53,401 bases of DNA from Pseudomonadota bacterium (GCA_043809315.1 JAZDDX010000022.1:1-53401); one strand, 5' to 3'; counted from the first letter of the stretch, positions 20,560 through 30,031 are shown. Program-made: numbers and translations. Notes: generated by a model from the letters alone, not told the origin.

Positions 20560-22284
20560 TCAAAGACCCGTGTACCGTTCCCTCCCTTTTTTCAGCAACT
20601 CCCCGGCGTGGTCGAGAGTCCTCGGGGTCACCTCGATTCCGCCGATCATTCTCGCAAGCTCTTCTTTTCGTCCCTTGGGATCGAGCGTCGCCACATCGGC
20701 CCGGGTCCGCCCGGAGCGGCTCCCCTTCTCGACTCGGAGATGGGTGTCGGCGTAACAGGCGATTTGGGCCAGGTGCGTCACGCAGAAAACCTGTCGGCTC
20801 CCCTCGGCCGATGCGAGGCTCTTCAGGCGAATTCCGACCCGTTCGGCCGTTTCCCCCCCGATCCCCGAATCGACCTCGTCGAAGAGGAACGTCACGCCGT
20901 CCGCCTCCTTCCCCTCCATCGCGACCCCTTTGATCGCCAACAGCACGCGGGACAGCTCCCCCCCCGACACGATCGAAGCAAGGGGTCGAACCCCTTCCCC
21001 CGGATTCGGTGCGAGATCGAAGCGGATCTGTTCCGCTCCCATGGGACCGAACACGGTCTCTTTCTCCGTCACGAATTCAGGGGCGTTTTGCAGCGGGACC
21101 ATCGCCGCCGTCAGCTCGGCCGCCGGCATTCCCAAGAGGCGAAGCTCCGCCGTCACCCGTTGTCCGAACTTCTTGGCGGTCGAACGGCGGGCCCGAGTCA
21201 GGGCAGAAGCGGCTTCGACCATACTCGCGGCAGCGACGGAACGGGTCTTCAAGAGTTCCGCTTCCTGCCCCTCGAAATCTTCGAGGGAAGAGAGAAGAGT
21301 TGCGGCCCGATCCCGCTCGACGATCGCTTTCTCGATCGATCCGTATTTCCGCACGATCCCCTGAAGCTTCGAAAGCCGTTCGTTGATCCGTTCGATATCA
21401 CCCGGGTCGAACTCCAGCTTCGTCCGGTACGACGAACTCCGCGCTCCGAGTTCCTTAAGCTGGCTCGCCGTCTCTTCCAGCTCTTTCACCCAGGATTGGA
21501 GCGATTCATCCATTCGAGAAGCGGTCTTGAGTTCCGAGAGGGCGCGCGCCACGAGGACGGAAGCCCCCTCCTCTCCCGAAAGAGCCGCCTCGATCGTCTC
21601 CGCGGCACGGGCCAGCTTCTCGCCATGAGCCGCCCGCTGGTGCTGAGCCGAAAGCTCCGCTTCTTCGCCCGGCACCAGCTTTGCTTCGGTCAGCTCCCGG
21701 AGTTGGTACGAAAGAAACTCCCGCTCGCGCGCCGCCTTCTCTCGCCCTTCCCGCAATTCCGACAGCTTCCGATCGAGCGTACGAACCTCACCGAACCGGT
21801 CGACGTACTTCCCGAGCAGGGGATCGTAATCCCCGAACCGGTCGAGAATGGAGGTGTGCTCTGTTTCGTCGAGCAATGCCCGCTGTCCGTGCTGGCCGCT
21901 GACATCGATCCAATGGGGAGCGAACGAAGCCAGTCCCGAAACGGTGCAGGGAACATCGTTGGCGAACGCCCGGCTCCGCCCGTCGGCGGTGACGATCCGC
22001 CGGAGAATCAGCTCCGTTCCGTTCGGCGCAATTCCCAACGCTTTCAGCGAACTCCAAATCGCGGCGTTCGGGGGGAACTCCAGAACCGCCTCGACCGTCG
22101 CCTGTTCTTCCCCGGCCCGAACTTCGTCGCTCGAACTCCGCCGCCCGGCCAGAAGACTGATCGCATCGACGAGGATCGACTTCCCCGCCCCGGTTTCCCC
22201 GGTCAACACGTTCAACCCACGGCCGAACGCGACCGTCGTCTCCGGGACGATCGCCAGGTTTCGGATTCGGAGTTCGCGGAGCAT
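20560..22284 (-). CDS. recN: DNA repair protein RecN
   Basis: LTGETGAGKSIL, SGGELSRVLLAIK, FDEVDSGIGG and CVTHLAQIA motifs. Start ATG 22284. Confidence 0.96.
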   Translation of the reverse strand: MLRELRIRNLAIVPETTVAFGRGLNVLTGETGAGKSILVDAISLLAGRRSSSDEVRAGEEQATVEAVLEFPPNAAIWSSLKALGIAPNGTELILRRIVTADGRSRAFANDVPCTVSGLASFAPHWIDVSGQHGQRALLDETEHTSILDRFGDYDPLLGKYVDRFGEVRTLDRKLSELREGREKAAREREFLSYQLRELTEAKLVPGEEAELSAQHQRAAHGEKLARAAETIEAALSGEEGASVLVARALSELKTASRMDESLQSWVKELEETASQLKELGARSSSYRTKLEFDPGDIERINERLSKLQGIVRKYGSIEKAIVERDRAATLLSSLEDFEGQEAELLKTRSVAAASMVEAASALTRARRSTAKKFGQRVTAELRLLGMPAAELTAAMVPLQNAPEFVTEKETVFGPMGAEQIRFDLAPNPGEGVRPLASIVSGGELSRVLLAIKGVAMEGKEADGVTFLFDEVDSGIGGETAERVGIRLKSLASAEGSRQVFCVTHLAQIACYADTHLRVEKGSRSGRTRADVATLDPKGRKEELARMIGGIEVTPRTLDHAGELLKKGRERYTGL

Positions 22285-22327
22285 CGCGCCGACCATCGCT
22301 AACACGAAACGTGCGTCCCGAAAAGCG

Positions 22328-22356
22328 TTGACGCACCCTCGCCCGCCCTCTAAACC
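22328..22356 (+). promoter_or_regulatory. Sigma70-like promoter, near-leaderless gpsA
   Basis: TTGACG (22328-22333), 17 nt, TAAACC (22351-22356), 8 nt, ATG 22365; no SD. Confidence 0.45.
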
Positions 22357-22364
22357 TTTCCGCC

Positions 22365-23372
22365 ATGAAGACGATCACCGTCATCGGTGCCGGAAGCTGG
22401 GGAACCGCCCTGGCCGAAGTCCAGGCCCGTCTCGGACACAAGGTGTTTTTGTGGGACAAGGACACCGACATCCTCGCCGACATCGCGAAGACGCGCCAGA
22501 ACCGCCGGTACCATCCGGGACACCGCCTCTCCAAGAACGTCATCGTCGAGAGCGATCTCCGCCGCCCGGTGCACCGGTCGGACCTCGTCGTTCTGGCAGT
22601 GCCGTCGTTTTCGATTCGCGATGCTCTCACGAAGGTCGCTCCCTGCCTTAAGACGGATGCGATCGTCGTCTCGACCGCAAAGGGGATCGAGACCGAGACG
22701 CTCGAAACCCCCTCCGCCGTGGCGCTGGAGGTTCTCGGGAAGAAAGAGACGACCCGGCGATACGCGGTTCTCTCGGGGCCGAGCTTCGCCCACGAGGTGA
22801 TCCGTTCCCTGCCGACCGCCGTCACCGTCGCGGCGTTTGACCGGAAGACCGCGAAGCGTGTGCAGGACCTCTGCCACACCGACACGTTCCAGATCTACAC
22901 TTCGGACGACGTCATCGGCGTCGAACTGGCCGGAGCGCTCAAGAATGTGATCGCGATCGCCGCCGGAGCGATCGACGGCCTCGGGTTCGGTTTCAACGCC
23001 CGCGCCGCCCTGATTACGCGGGGACTGGCCGAAATCCTCCGGATCGGAGTCAAGAAGGGGGCGAATCCGCTTACTTTCTCGGGTCTGTCGGGGTTGGGGG
23101 ATCTCTTCCTAACCTGCACCGGCGACCTCTCTCGAAACCGTCGCGTGGGGCTCAAATTGGCCCAAGGGAAGTCCCTTCGCGTTGCCCTCAAAGAGGTTCG
23201 TCAGGTGGTCGAAGGGATCCGAACCGCCAAAGCGGCCTACCGTCTGGCGCGAACCCTGCGGGTCGATGCTCCGATCATCGAGGAGACGTATCTGACGCTG
23301 CACGAGGGAAAATCGCTCGCGCAAGCGATCAAAGACCTCCTCGCCCGAGCCCCCGAAGCCGAACGCCACTAA
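22365..23372 (+). CDS. gpsA: NAD(P)H-dependent glycerol-3-phosphate dehydrogenase
   Basis: GAGSWGTALA, LSGPSFA, GALKNVIAIAAG and GLGDLFLTC.GDLSRN motifs. Confidence 0.96.
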   Translation: MKTITVIGAGSWGTALAEVQARLGHKVFLWDKDTDILADIAKTRQNRRYHPGHRLSKNVIVESDLRRPVHRSDLVVLAVPSFSIRDALTKVAPCLKTDAIVVSTAKGIETETLETPSAVALEVLGKKETTRRYAVLSGPSFAHEVIRSLPTAVTVAAFDRKTAKRVQDLCHTDTFQIYTSDDVIGVELAGALKNVIAIAAGAIDGLGFGFNARAALITRGLAEILRIGVKKGANPLTFSGLSGLGDLFLTCTGDLSRNRRVGLKLAQGKSLRVALKEVRQVVEGIRTAKAAYRLARTLRVDAPIIEETYLTLHEGKSLAQAIKDLLARAPEAERH

Positions 23373-23379
23373 GCGCTGA

Positions 23380-24252
23380 TTACGGCCCTGGGGAATCGGT
23401 GAACCAGTCGTTTTCGGTATCCGGCTGGCCGCGCTTCCGCTCGTAGCGCTTCTCGAAAAGCACGTGCTCTTGGTGCTCGTCGTCACAAGCGAAGACCTGA
23501 AGGGTCATCCGATCTCCCGGACTCCCGCGCAGACGGACGGAGATCTCGTTCTGGCCCTGTTTGAGCGTCGCCTGCTTCGACAGCTCTTTGTACGGCTCGT
23601 TGTGAAACTCGTTCTCCGTGAAGAGATCGTCGCCGTTCAACCAGACATGGACGGAGGAGACCCCGTAGCAAGTCACTTTGATCGTCGAACAGAACTCCAT
23701 CCCCGGAACAGGGGTAGGAGTCGGGGTCGGTGTCCTGTGACACGGCGGTTTTGGCGTGGCCGTCGGCGTAGCGGTCGCTTCAGGCGGCGTTTGCGGCGTC
23801 GGAGTCGGTGTGGCCGTCGCTTCCTCGCCCGGAACGGGGGTCGGAGTCGCTGTGGCTTCCGGTTCGGGAGTCGGTGTCGGGGTTGCGGTGGCTTCCGGAC
23901 AAGGCGTAGGCGTGGCGGTCGGCTTGTTCCCTGGATGCGGTGTAGCGGTCGGCGTGGCCGTCGCTTCGGGGGGTGTTTCCGGTGTCGGGGTCGGCGTTGC
24001 CTCATTTCCACCGTCCGGGTGATTCTCTGATGGAAGTACGGTCGGAGTCGGAGCCGGAGTCGCTGCAGACTGGTCGGTCGGTTCGTTCACGACGAACGAT
24101 CCGCCGCCGGAGGATGATCCGTTGTCCGAGGGACCCACCTCGACTGTGGTCGTCCCGGAAAATGTCCCTCCGCTCTGACCGAACCCGGAATGGTCCGAAC
24201 AGGCGGTGCAAAGCGCTGCAAGCGAGAGAATGGAAAGAATCGTTTTATTCAT
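23380..24252 (-). CDS. Lipoprotein with Pro/Thr-rich stalk and C-terminal beta-rich domain
   Basis: MNKTILSILSLAALCTAC lipobox-like signal; GGAGG SD; TTGACA at 24310-24305; repeated EATATPTPTP. Confidence 0.8.
   Translation of the reverse strand: MNKTILSILSLAALCTACSDHSGFGQSGGTFSGTTTVEVGPSDNGSSSGGGSFVVNEPTDQSAATPAPTPTVLPSENHPDGGNEATPTPTPETPPEATATPTATPHPGNKPTATPTPCPEATATPTPTPEPEATATPTPVPGEEATATPTPTPQTPPEATATPTATPKPPCHRTPTPTPTPVPGMEFCSTIKVTCYGVSSVHVWLNGDDLFTENEFHNEPYKELSKQATLKQGQNEISVRLRGSPGDRMTLQVFACDDEHQEHVLFEKRYERKRGQPDTENDWFTDSPGP
23704..24003 (-). repeat. Intragenic degenerate repeats encoding EATATPT(P/A)TP units
   Basis: About seven imperfect units in the translation, with divergent codons. 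Confidence 0.75.
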
Positions 24253-24402
24253 AGCGGGGGCCTCCGTTTAAAGCGGCGCTACTATTCTCCAAAATGACGC
24301 TATTTGTCAACATCCTACCGCGTTGCGCAAAATAATCGACTATATTTATATGATATTAGTATCTTGCCAACCATACCCTAAAACCATACTCGATTTATAA
24401 TG

Positions 24403-24432
24403 CTCATATTTGACATTAGTATCAATTATGAG
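24403..24432. promoter_or_regulatory. Inverted-repeat operator overlapping the -35 of the AbiE operon
   Basis: CTCATATTTGA-N8-TCAATTATGAG (10/11 complementary), containing TTGACA 24410-24415; TATAAG at 24434-24439. Confidence 0.65.
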
Positions 24433-24445
24433 ATATAAGATGACG

Positions 24446-25210
24446 ATGACTACGCGATCCTTTGAATTGCGGGAGTTCTTTCACCTCGCGTTCCTGAAAC
24501 ACTTTTCGCCCAAGCTCTCCGGCCGCCCCTACGCGGTGAAGGGGGGGGTCTGCCTGCGCTTCTTTCATCGGTCCCAGCGTCTTTCCCAGGATATGGACCT
24601 AGACGTCACGTCCGAAACCGACCGGCACCGACTTGCAGACCTCGTGGACGCGGTTCTTCAAAGCCAGGCGTTCCATGCGACGCTGGCGTCGGCCGGGATC
24701 CGGCGGATCGCGGCGACCAAGCCGAAACAGACCGACACCGTTCAAAGATGGAAGGTAGCCCTCCATCTTTCGGATGCGAACCCTCTTCCCACCAAGATCG
24801 AGTTCAGCCGTCGGGCCACATCGATCGCCTCCTCCGCGGGAACCCCGGATGTCGGTCTGTTACAGCGATACGGCATGGGACCGTTCGCCGTCCGGTATTA
24901 CGGCGCGCCCGAGATGGCCGCGCAAAAGATCCGGGCGATGGCCTCGGACTCCCGGTTCGCCGTGCGGGATCTCTTCGACCTACACCACCTCTTCCGTGCG
25001 GCGGGAGTCGTCCCCTCCGACCTCACGGGCCGAATCGAACCGACCGACCTCACGGCCGCGACGGAAAAAGCCGGGCGGTTCACCTACCGCGATTTCCGGG
25101 AACAGGTCTTCCCGTACCTCCCGGCCGATCTCTCCGACCTGTACGCAAATCCGGAGCCGTTCGAAACGCTTCAACATGAGGTCGAGGAAATCCTGACCGG
25201 GATGCTCTGA
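24446..25210 (+). CDS. abiEii: AbiEii/AbiGii-family nucleotidyltransferase toxin (type IV TA)
   Basis: KGGVCLRFFHRSQRLSQDMDLD (GG..RxSxDxD), KIEFS and QKIRAM...RDLFDL. Start uncertain (24440 or 24446). Confidence 0.88.
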   Translation: MTTRSFELREFFHLAFLKHFSPKLSGRPYAVKGGVCLRFFHRSQRLSQDMDLDVTSETDRHRLADLVDAVLQSQAFHATLASAGIRRIAATKPKQTDTVQRWKVALHLSDANPLPTKIEFSRRATSIASSAGTPDVGLLQRYGMGPFAVRYYGAPEMAAQKIRAMASDSRFAVRDLFDLHHLFRAAGVVPSDLTGRIEPTDLTAATEKAGRFTYRDFREQVFPYLPADLSDLYANPEPFETLQHEVEEILTGML

Positions 25211-25809
25211 TGCAGCTTTCCGGCCTGATCCGGGCACTTCACGAGCACGACCTGCGCCTATTCACGACCTCCGACATCCTCACGCTGACAGGATCGACCC
25301 CGGGCGCGACGACGCACGCGCTCGTTCGACTCTCCCGCCTGGGGCTTGTCGCCCGGATCAAACGCGGAATCTGGATCAACCGCCTGGCGCCGGAGGTGAA
25401 CCCATACGAGGCGATCCCGTTTCTTTCGGCCCCCTGGCCCGCCTACGTTTCTCTTTACACAGCTCTTTCGGACGCGGGGGTGCTGGAGGAGGTCCCGCAC
25501 ATTATCTACGCCGTAACCCCCGGCCGCCCGCGCCGGTACCGGACACCGATCGGGGAATTCCGGCTTCACCACCTCCCGGAGCGGCTCACATGGGGGTACG
25601 AGATGCGGAAGGAGGGAGGAGGAAGTTACCCGGTCGCGGAGCCGGAAAAGGCTTTCCTCGATCTGGTCTACCTGGCCCTCGTCCCCCGCTCCCCGATCCA
25701 ACTTCCGTACAGCAGGAGCGGAACGTGGAACCTCGATCGAAAAAAGCTGGAACGGTATGCAAAGAGGTTCGATTCCCCAGCTGTTCGAAACTGGTTGCGA
25801 AAGAATTGA
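25210..25809 (+). CDS. abiEi: AbiEi-family antitoxin/transcriptional regulator
   Basis: N-terminal wHTH (L.RL...G...RIKRGIW), PAYVSLYTAL and AEPEKAFLDLVYL; TGATG overlap with the toxin gene. Confidence 0.85.
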   Translation: MQLSGLIRALHEHDLRLFTTSDILTLTGSTPGATTHALVRLSRLGLVARIKRGIWINRLAPEVNPYEAIPFLSAPWPAYVSLYTALSDAGVLEEVPHIIYAVTPGRPRRYRTPIGEFRLHHLPERLTWGYEMRKEGGGSYPVAEPEKAFLDLVYLALVPRSPIQLPYSRSGTWNLDRKKLERYAKRFDSPAVRNWLRKN

Positions 25810-25871
25810 CTGCTTGCAACGGTGTTACTTTTGCTTTGCGTTCCGGCAAGAATCCCGGATAAACGGACCTG

Positions 25872-26678
25872 ATGCGTCGCTCCGCCGTAGCGATCCTGCT
25901 CTTCACCACGGTTTTTCCCTACCCCCAAGCCGGCCACGCCGACCCGATCCTCGACCGTCTTCAGGCGGCCCAAAGCCTGGTTCGCGCGAAAGAATACTCC
26001 GCCGCGATCAACCAAACCCAACCGCTTCTCGACGGCCTGAAACTCGAAACCCTGGAGGCCATCATCCTCGCCCACAAGATCCTGGGCGTCGCCAGCTGCG
26101 AGTTGGGGGATCAGCCGAAGGCGCAGGAACATTTCAAAATCCTTTTGACCTTCTCCGTGACCGAGGAGATCAGCGACCTCGTTGTTACGAAGCCGTGCGC
26201 GAATCTGTATGCCGAACTTCAAGAGGAGGAACGGCCGCAAGCGCACAAACCGAAAACGGCGCCAAAATCGGTCGCGCCGACGCCCAAGAACCGACCCGTT
26301 CCGAACCCCCCGGTAAAGGAGCCAACAAAGACAGGGGGCGCGTGGAAACGATATCTCCCGCTCGGCGTCGGACAGTTCGCCAACGATCAGCCGAACAAAG
26401 GGGTGGCGTTCCTCGCATCGGAAGGAGCCTTGTTCGCAACCGCCGGTCTCATGGCGGCCCTCTTTCACATGGAACGAGAACCCGACGGCACCTTCACCCA
26501 CAGCGACCGCGCCGACGCTTACAAAACCACGTTCTGGACCACCCTCGGCGTCGGCACCGCGATCGCGGTGTGGGGGATTGTCGATGCGGTGACGACGGAG
26601 CGTAGCTCGAATCAAGCCGTAAAGAACTCGACGTCATTTTCCACTCCAGAAATGGGAATGGTCGCGCTTCGTTTTTAG
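25872..26678 (+). CDS. Exported TPR-like protein with Pro-rich linker and C-terminal hydrophobic hairpin
   Basis: Signal peptide GHA|D; AHKILGVASCELGDQPKAQEHF; LPLGVGQFAN followed by hydrophobic segments. Confidence 0.7.
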   Translation: MRRSAVAILLFTTVFPYPQAGHADPILDRLQAAQSLVRAKEYSAAINQTQPLLDGLKLETLEAIILAHKILGVASCELGDQPKAQEHFKILLTFSVTEEISDLVVTKPCANLYAELQEEERPQAHKPKTAPKSVAPTPKNRPVPNPPVKEPTKTGGAWKRYLPLGVGQFANDQPNKGVAFLASEGALFATAGLMAALFHMEREPDGTFTHSDRADAYKTTFWTTLGVGTAIAVWGIVDAVTTERSSNQAVKNSTSFSTPEMGMVALRF

Positions 26679-26711
26679 ATCACGGATAACAATTGATCGT
26701 CTTGTCTTGGA

Positions 26712-27944
26712 CTAAACGTCCAAGGTCGAAATTATTGGCCAGCGCTTCACCGTAGCATAGACCGAGAAAAGCGTTGTCAACAGGAAAACGGTAAAGACAG
26801 TGCCGCGCCTGTCCGGCCAGAATGGATGGGCGACGGGTACCGCTGGATCAATCACCTGGAAGGCGACGTCATCTTTGACCTCGTCGATCTTCGCCAGTTC
26901 GTACTGCCCCGTCAGAAGTTCAAAGACTTGTTCTTGAATTATTACCTCTCGTTTTAATCTCATTAGCTGAATCATGAGAGCCGGCGTCCGCCCCAGTTGC
27001 GTCATCATGCTCGTCGTCTTATTTAATGATCCGCGTGATTGTCCCAAGGAGGTTGCATCCGTTCGATCGAGTTTATCCAACTGTGTCTGGAGAGCTTCTT
27101 TCTGGCGAAGCAATGCCTGCTCCTCCGGGCCTTCACCTCGGCCGGAGGATCGGAGCATGCTAATCTGTACATCACCTCGGATCATCTCAGCCTGAAGATT
27201 AGCCGCGGTCCGCATCGTGAGATCCGTCTGTCGTTCCAGGTTCACAAGATTATGACCGGCCTGAAAGTCCTTGAGATCCTCCTCCGCGGCCGCCAATGTC
27301 TTTTGAGTTTTCAGGAGCTGGCCCTCCAAGAAGACCCGGTTTTTTTTCGCCAAGGAAAGGGAGTTCCCGTTAATGAACTCCTGCAATTCAGCGACATATT
27401 GATTCGCAATCTTGGCGGCAAGCTCTGGATTTCCCAACCGCACTTGGACCGTTAGGAGACCTTTTCTCTCGCGACCAAAATCTACAACACCTTGCAGCGC
27501 GGCAACTCCGTCATCCAGATAGGGAGCATGCCGCTTCCACAAGGATCGCGGAAACTTCCAATGATCTGCGACATAATCATATTTATGGAAAAAAACCGGC
27601 ATTAAACCAAGTTTATTGATGACTCGCTCCGAAACGGTCCGACTCCTCAAGATATTGACCAGCTTGTCCGTCGCATTTGAGCCCGCCAAGCCCCCCATGG
27701 TACCGTTGGCGAGGGCGCTAAAGAGGTTCATTCCTTCGGTTGCTCGCATCACCGATTGAATCGCAGTTGGTCGCGACTCCAGAGGCAAGATCGTTGTTAT
27801 CACTCGATACTTGGTTGGAAGAAAGAATACGATCAGCCACGCGGCAATGGTTGTCGATCCGATCACTCGGACCAACCACTTCCGCCGGGACCACACAAAC
27901 TTGGCTTCCACACGCAGGCTCTGAAGGGAGATCACCGTCCCCAA
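26712..27944 (-). CDS. wzz: Wzz/GumC-family polysaccharide co-polymerase without kinase domain
   Basis: N-terminal TM plus LPTKY, ILRSRTV, coiled coil, YELAKIDE...QVIDPAVP...PDR and a C-terminal TM. Start uncertain. Confidence 0.85.
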   Translation of the reverse strand: MGTVISLQSLRVEAKFVWSRRKWLVRVIGSTTIAAWLIVFFLPTKYRVITTILPLESRPTAIQSVMRATEGMNLFSALANGTMGGLAGSNATDKLVNILRSRTVSERVINKLGLMPVFFHKYDYVADHWKFPRSLWKRHAPYLDDGVAALQGVVDFGRERKGLLTVQVRLGNPELAAKIANQYVAELQEFINGNSLSLAKKNRVFLEGQLLKTQKTLAAAEEDLKDFQAGHNLVNLERQTDLTMRTAANLQAEMIRGDVQISMLRSSGRGEGPEEQALLRQKEALQTQLDKLDRTDATSLGQSRGSLNKTTSMMTQLGRTPALMIQLMRLKREVIIQEQVFELLTGQYELAKIDEVKDDVAFQVIDPAVPVAHPFWPDRRGTVFTVFLLTTLFSVYATVKRWPIISTLDV

Positions 27945-28022
27945 ATACCTATTTTTTTCATGACGTTAAAGGTTTTTCTCTGAATTGACGAAATGGCGTA
28001 CGCGGTGTATCCCGCTTTTCCC

Positions 28023-29099
28023 ATGAAACGATTTTTGGCCGCCGTTGTCTGCGCGGTATTCACGCTGGCAACTATCGATTCTCATGCCCAACCCAGTTTG
28101 GACTCGTTCAAGAGCGCCGACTCGCTCAAGAGCGCCGATTCGTTCAAAACCCTGGATTCGACTGAATCGAACACCACCAGACAGAAAGAATCTGTCATGG
28201 AACCTCCGTCATCAAAACTCGAGCCTCTCTTTCTGGAAGTCCACGTCCTTGGCGAAGTGAATCGGCCCGGCATGTTTCATCTCCCTCCGGGGGATCGAGT
28301 TGCATCCGCCATCGCTCTGGCGGGTGGAATTCTGGAACGGGGGTCCCAGAGACAAATCAAAGTCTTCTCCAAAAAACCGAAGACTTCCCTCAAGGTGGAT
28401 CTCTTCGCCTATTTTATCTTGGGCCGAATGGAGGAGAACCCGTATTTGAAGGATGGTGACGAAATTATTGTCCCTCTTCGCGGACCCATGGTCCGAATCG
28501 AAGGGCCGGTAAAACGTCCTCAAACGTATGAACTCTCCGAGAACCGGTCCTTAGCACATCTGGTCGAGTTGGCCGGGGGAACCACGCCGGGCCTTGCCAA
28601 GAACAGGAACTATCAAGTCATTCGGCACGAAAAAGGAGAAAAAAAGATCCTCGATCTCTCGCCCGATCCAGATCAACTAAGGTCGTTTCAATTGGAAGAA
28701 GGAGACATCATCCTGATTCCCCATCTGCTGATGACCCGGAATCATCTGGGCAACGAGGTTGTGAACATCCCCGGTGACAATATGCAATACCCTTCCTCGG
28801 AAGGGCGGGTGTTCGTGATCGGCGCGGTCACGAAACCGGGTACATATCCGTTCAATCCATACTACAATTACCAGCAATATATAACGCTCGCGGGCGGACA
28901 GACCCGGATGGCGGTCGCTGATTCAGCCAAGGTGGTCGAACCCTCGGGCCATACCCAATATGCGAAGCCGAGCACCATCATCAATCCGGGGGATTCTGTA
29001 GTCGTGAAGGAAAAGGCTTTTCCTCCTGAATTTTGGGTCAGCTGGATGACCACGCTCGCAAGCGTGGCGTTGTCCGCGTACGCAATTCTGCATCAATAA
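28023..29099 (+). CDS. SLBB-domain polysaccharide export (OPX-like) protein
   Basis: Three beta-grasp units (VHVLGEVNRPG, VRIEGPVKRP, VFVIGAVTKPG, each with LAGG); signal peptide SHA|Q; C-terminal amphipathic helix. Confidence 0.85.
   Translation: MKRFLAAVVCAVFTLATIDSHAQPSLDSFKSADSLKSADSFKTLDSTESNTTRQKESVMEPPSSKLEPLFLEVHVLGEVNRPGMFHLPPGDRVASAIALAGGILERGSQRQIKVFSKKPKTSLKVDLFAYFILGRMEENPYLKDGDEIIVPLRGPMVRIEGPVKRPQTYELSENRSLAHLVELAGGTTPGLAKNRNYQVIRHEKGEKKILDLSPDPDQLRSFQLEEGDIILIPHLLMTRNHLGNEVVNIPGDNMQYPSSEGRVFVIGAVTKPGTYPFNPYYNYQQYITLAGGQTRMAVADSAKVVEPSGHTQYAKPSTIINPGDSVVVKEKAFPPEFWVSWMTTLASVALSAYAILHQ
28101..28154 (+). repeat. 18-bp tandem repeat (three copies) encoding DSFKSA/DSLKSA/DSFKTL
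   Basis: GACTCGTTCAAGAGCGCC, GACTCGCTCAAGAGCGCC, GATTCGTTCAAAACCCTG. Confidence 0.7.
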
Positions 29100-29104
29100 G
29101 ACAA

Positions 29105-30031
29105 CTATTGCCCATTCTGGACTACCAGTTGTCGATCAGCTTCGATCTTTATACCCCGTTCCAAGGATCGACAAGGTGTAAACGCAAGCGCGTGAGTCGC
29201 TTTATTGATGTCCAAGACTAGGTCGAGTTTGCCGGAAGACGTTCCTTCCAGCTGAACTTTTGACGGCAGGTCAAGGACCTGACCGACCAACGCCACGAGG
29301 TCCATCGCCTTTAAAGCTATTCCCGAACCGATATTGAAGACACCCTGTTTCTCGGGTCGTTCTATAGCCCCAACGACCGCTTCCACCACATCATCCACCA
29401 GCACGTAATCACGAAATACTTCGCCTGCGAAAGACAGCTTGACCATTTCCTTCTTTCGAATCTTGGCGATCGCGCTCGGGATGAGGTTTGTTTCTGCCGG
29501 ATTACCGAACCCGTAGACGCCTGAAATGCGAAGAATCGTGCAGTTCGTGTTTTCCGCCGCGGCAGCCAGGGCCAACATCTTTTCGATTCCAACCTTAATC
29601 ACGCCATAGACAGACCTGGGATTCAACGGATGAGTCTCGGAAATCGGAAGAAGAGACGGAGATCCGTAGACCATATAGCTGCTGGCAAAGATGATCTGGA
29701 GACTTTCCGACCGAGGCAGGGCGGCCAGAATTCCCGCGAGGCTCTTCACCTCGAACCGATAGGCTTCCGCTGCTTTCCGCATGGAAGAACTCACGGCGGC
29801 CCCAAAATGAACGAAAACGTCGACAGCGGAAAGCGCCGAGAGGAGTTCGGCCATCGCCCGCGGGTCTTCGTAGTTCGGACAGATTACATGTCTCCCCTGA
29901 TTGCGGTTCAACTGCTTCCGGCCCAGGGTCGTAAGGTGAAAACGCCTTTCCAGTTCCGGTACGAGAAATTTCCCGATTCTCCCCGAACCCCCCATGAGAA
30001 GGACGTGTCTTCGCGGACCGGGTCCGGTCAT
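29105..30031 (-). CDS. NAD-dependent epimerase/dehydratase (extended SDR)
   Basis: GGSGRIG, FASS..VYG, YGVIK and RDYVLVDD motifs. Confidence 0.88.
   Translation of the reverse strand: MTGPGPRRHVLLMGGSGRIGKFLVPELERRFHLTTLGRKQLNRNQGRHVICPNYEDPRAMAELLSALSAVDVFVHFGAAVSSSMRKAAEAYRFEVKSLAGILAALPRSESLQIIFASSYMVYGSPSLLPISETHPLNPRSVYGVIKVGIEKMLALAAAAENTNCTILRISGVYGFGNPAETNLIPSAIAKIRKKEMVKLSFAGEVFRDYVLVDDVVEAVVGAIERPEKQGVFNIGSGIALKAMDLVALVGQVLDLPSKVQLEGTSSGKLDLVLDINKATHALAFTPCRSLERGIKIEADRQLVVQNGQ

Noticed and set aside
25820-25835. GG-N10-GC possible sigma54 site before the TPR gene
   Set aside because: The -24 element (CGGTGTT) is too far from consensus to call.
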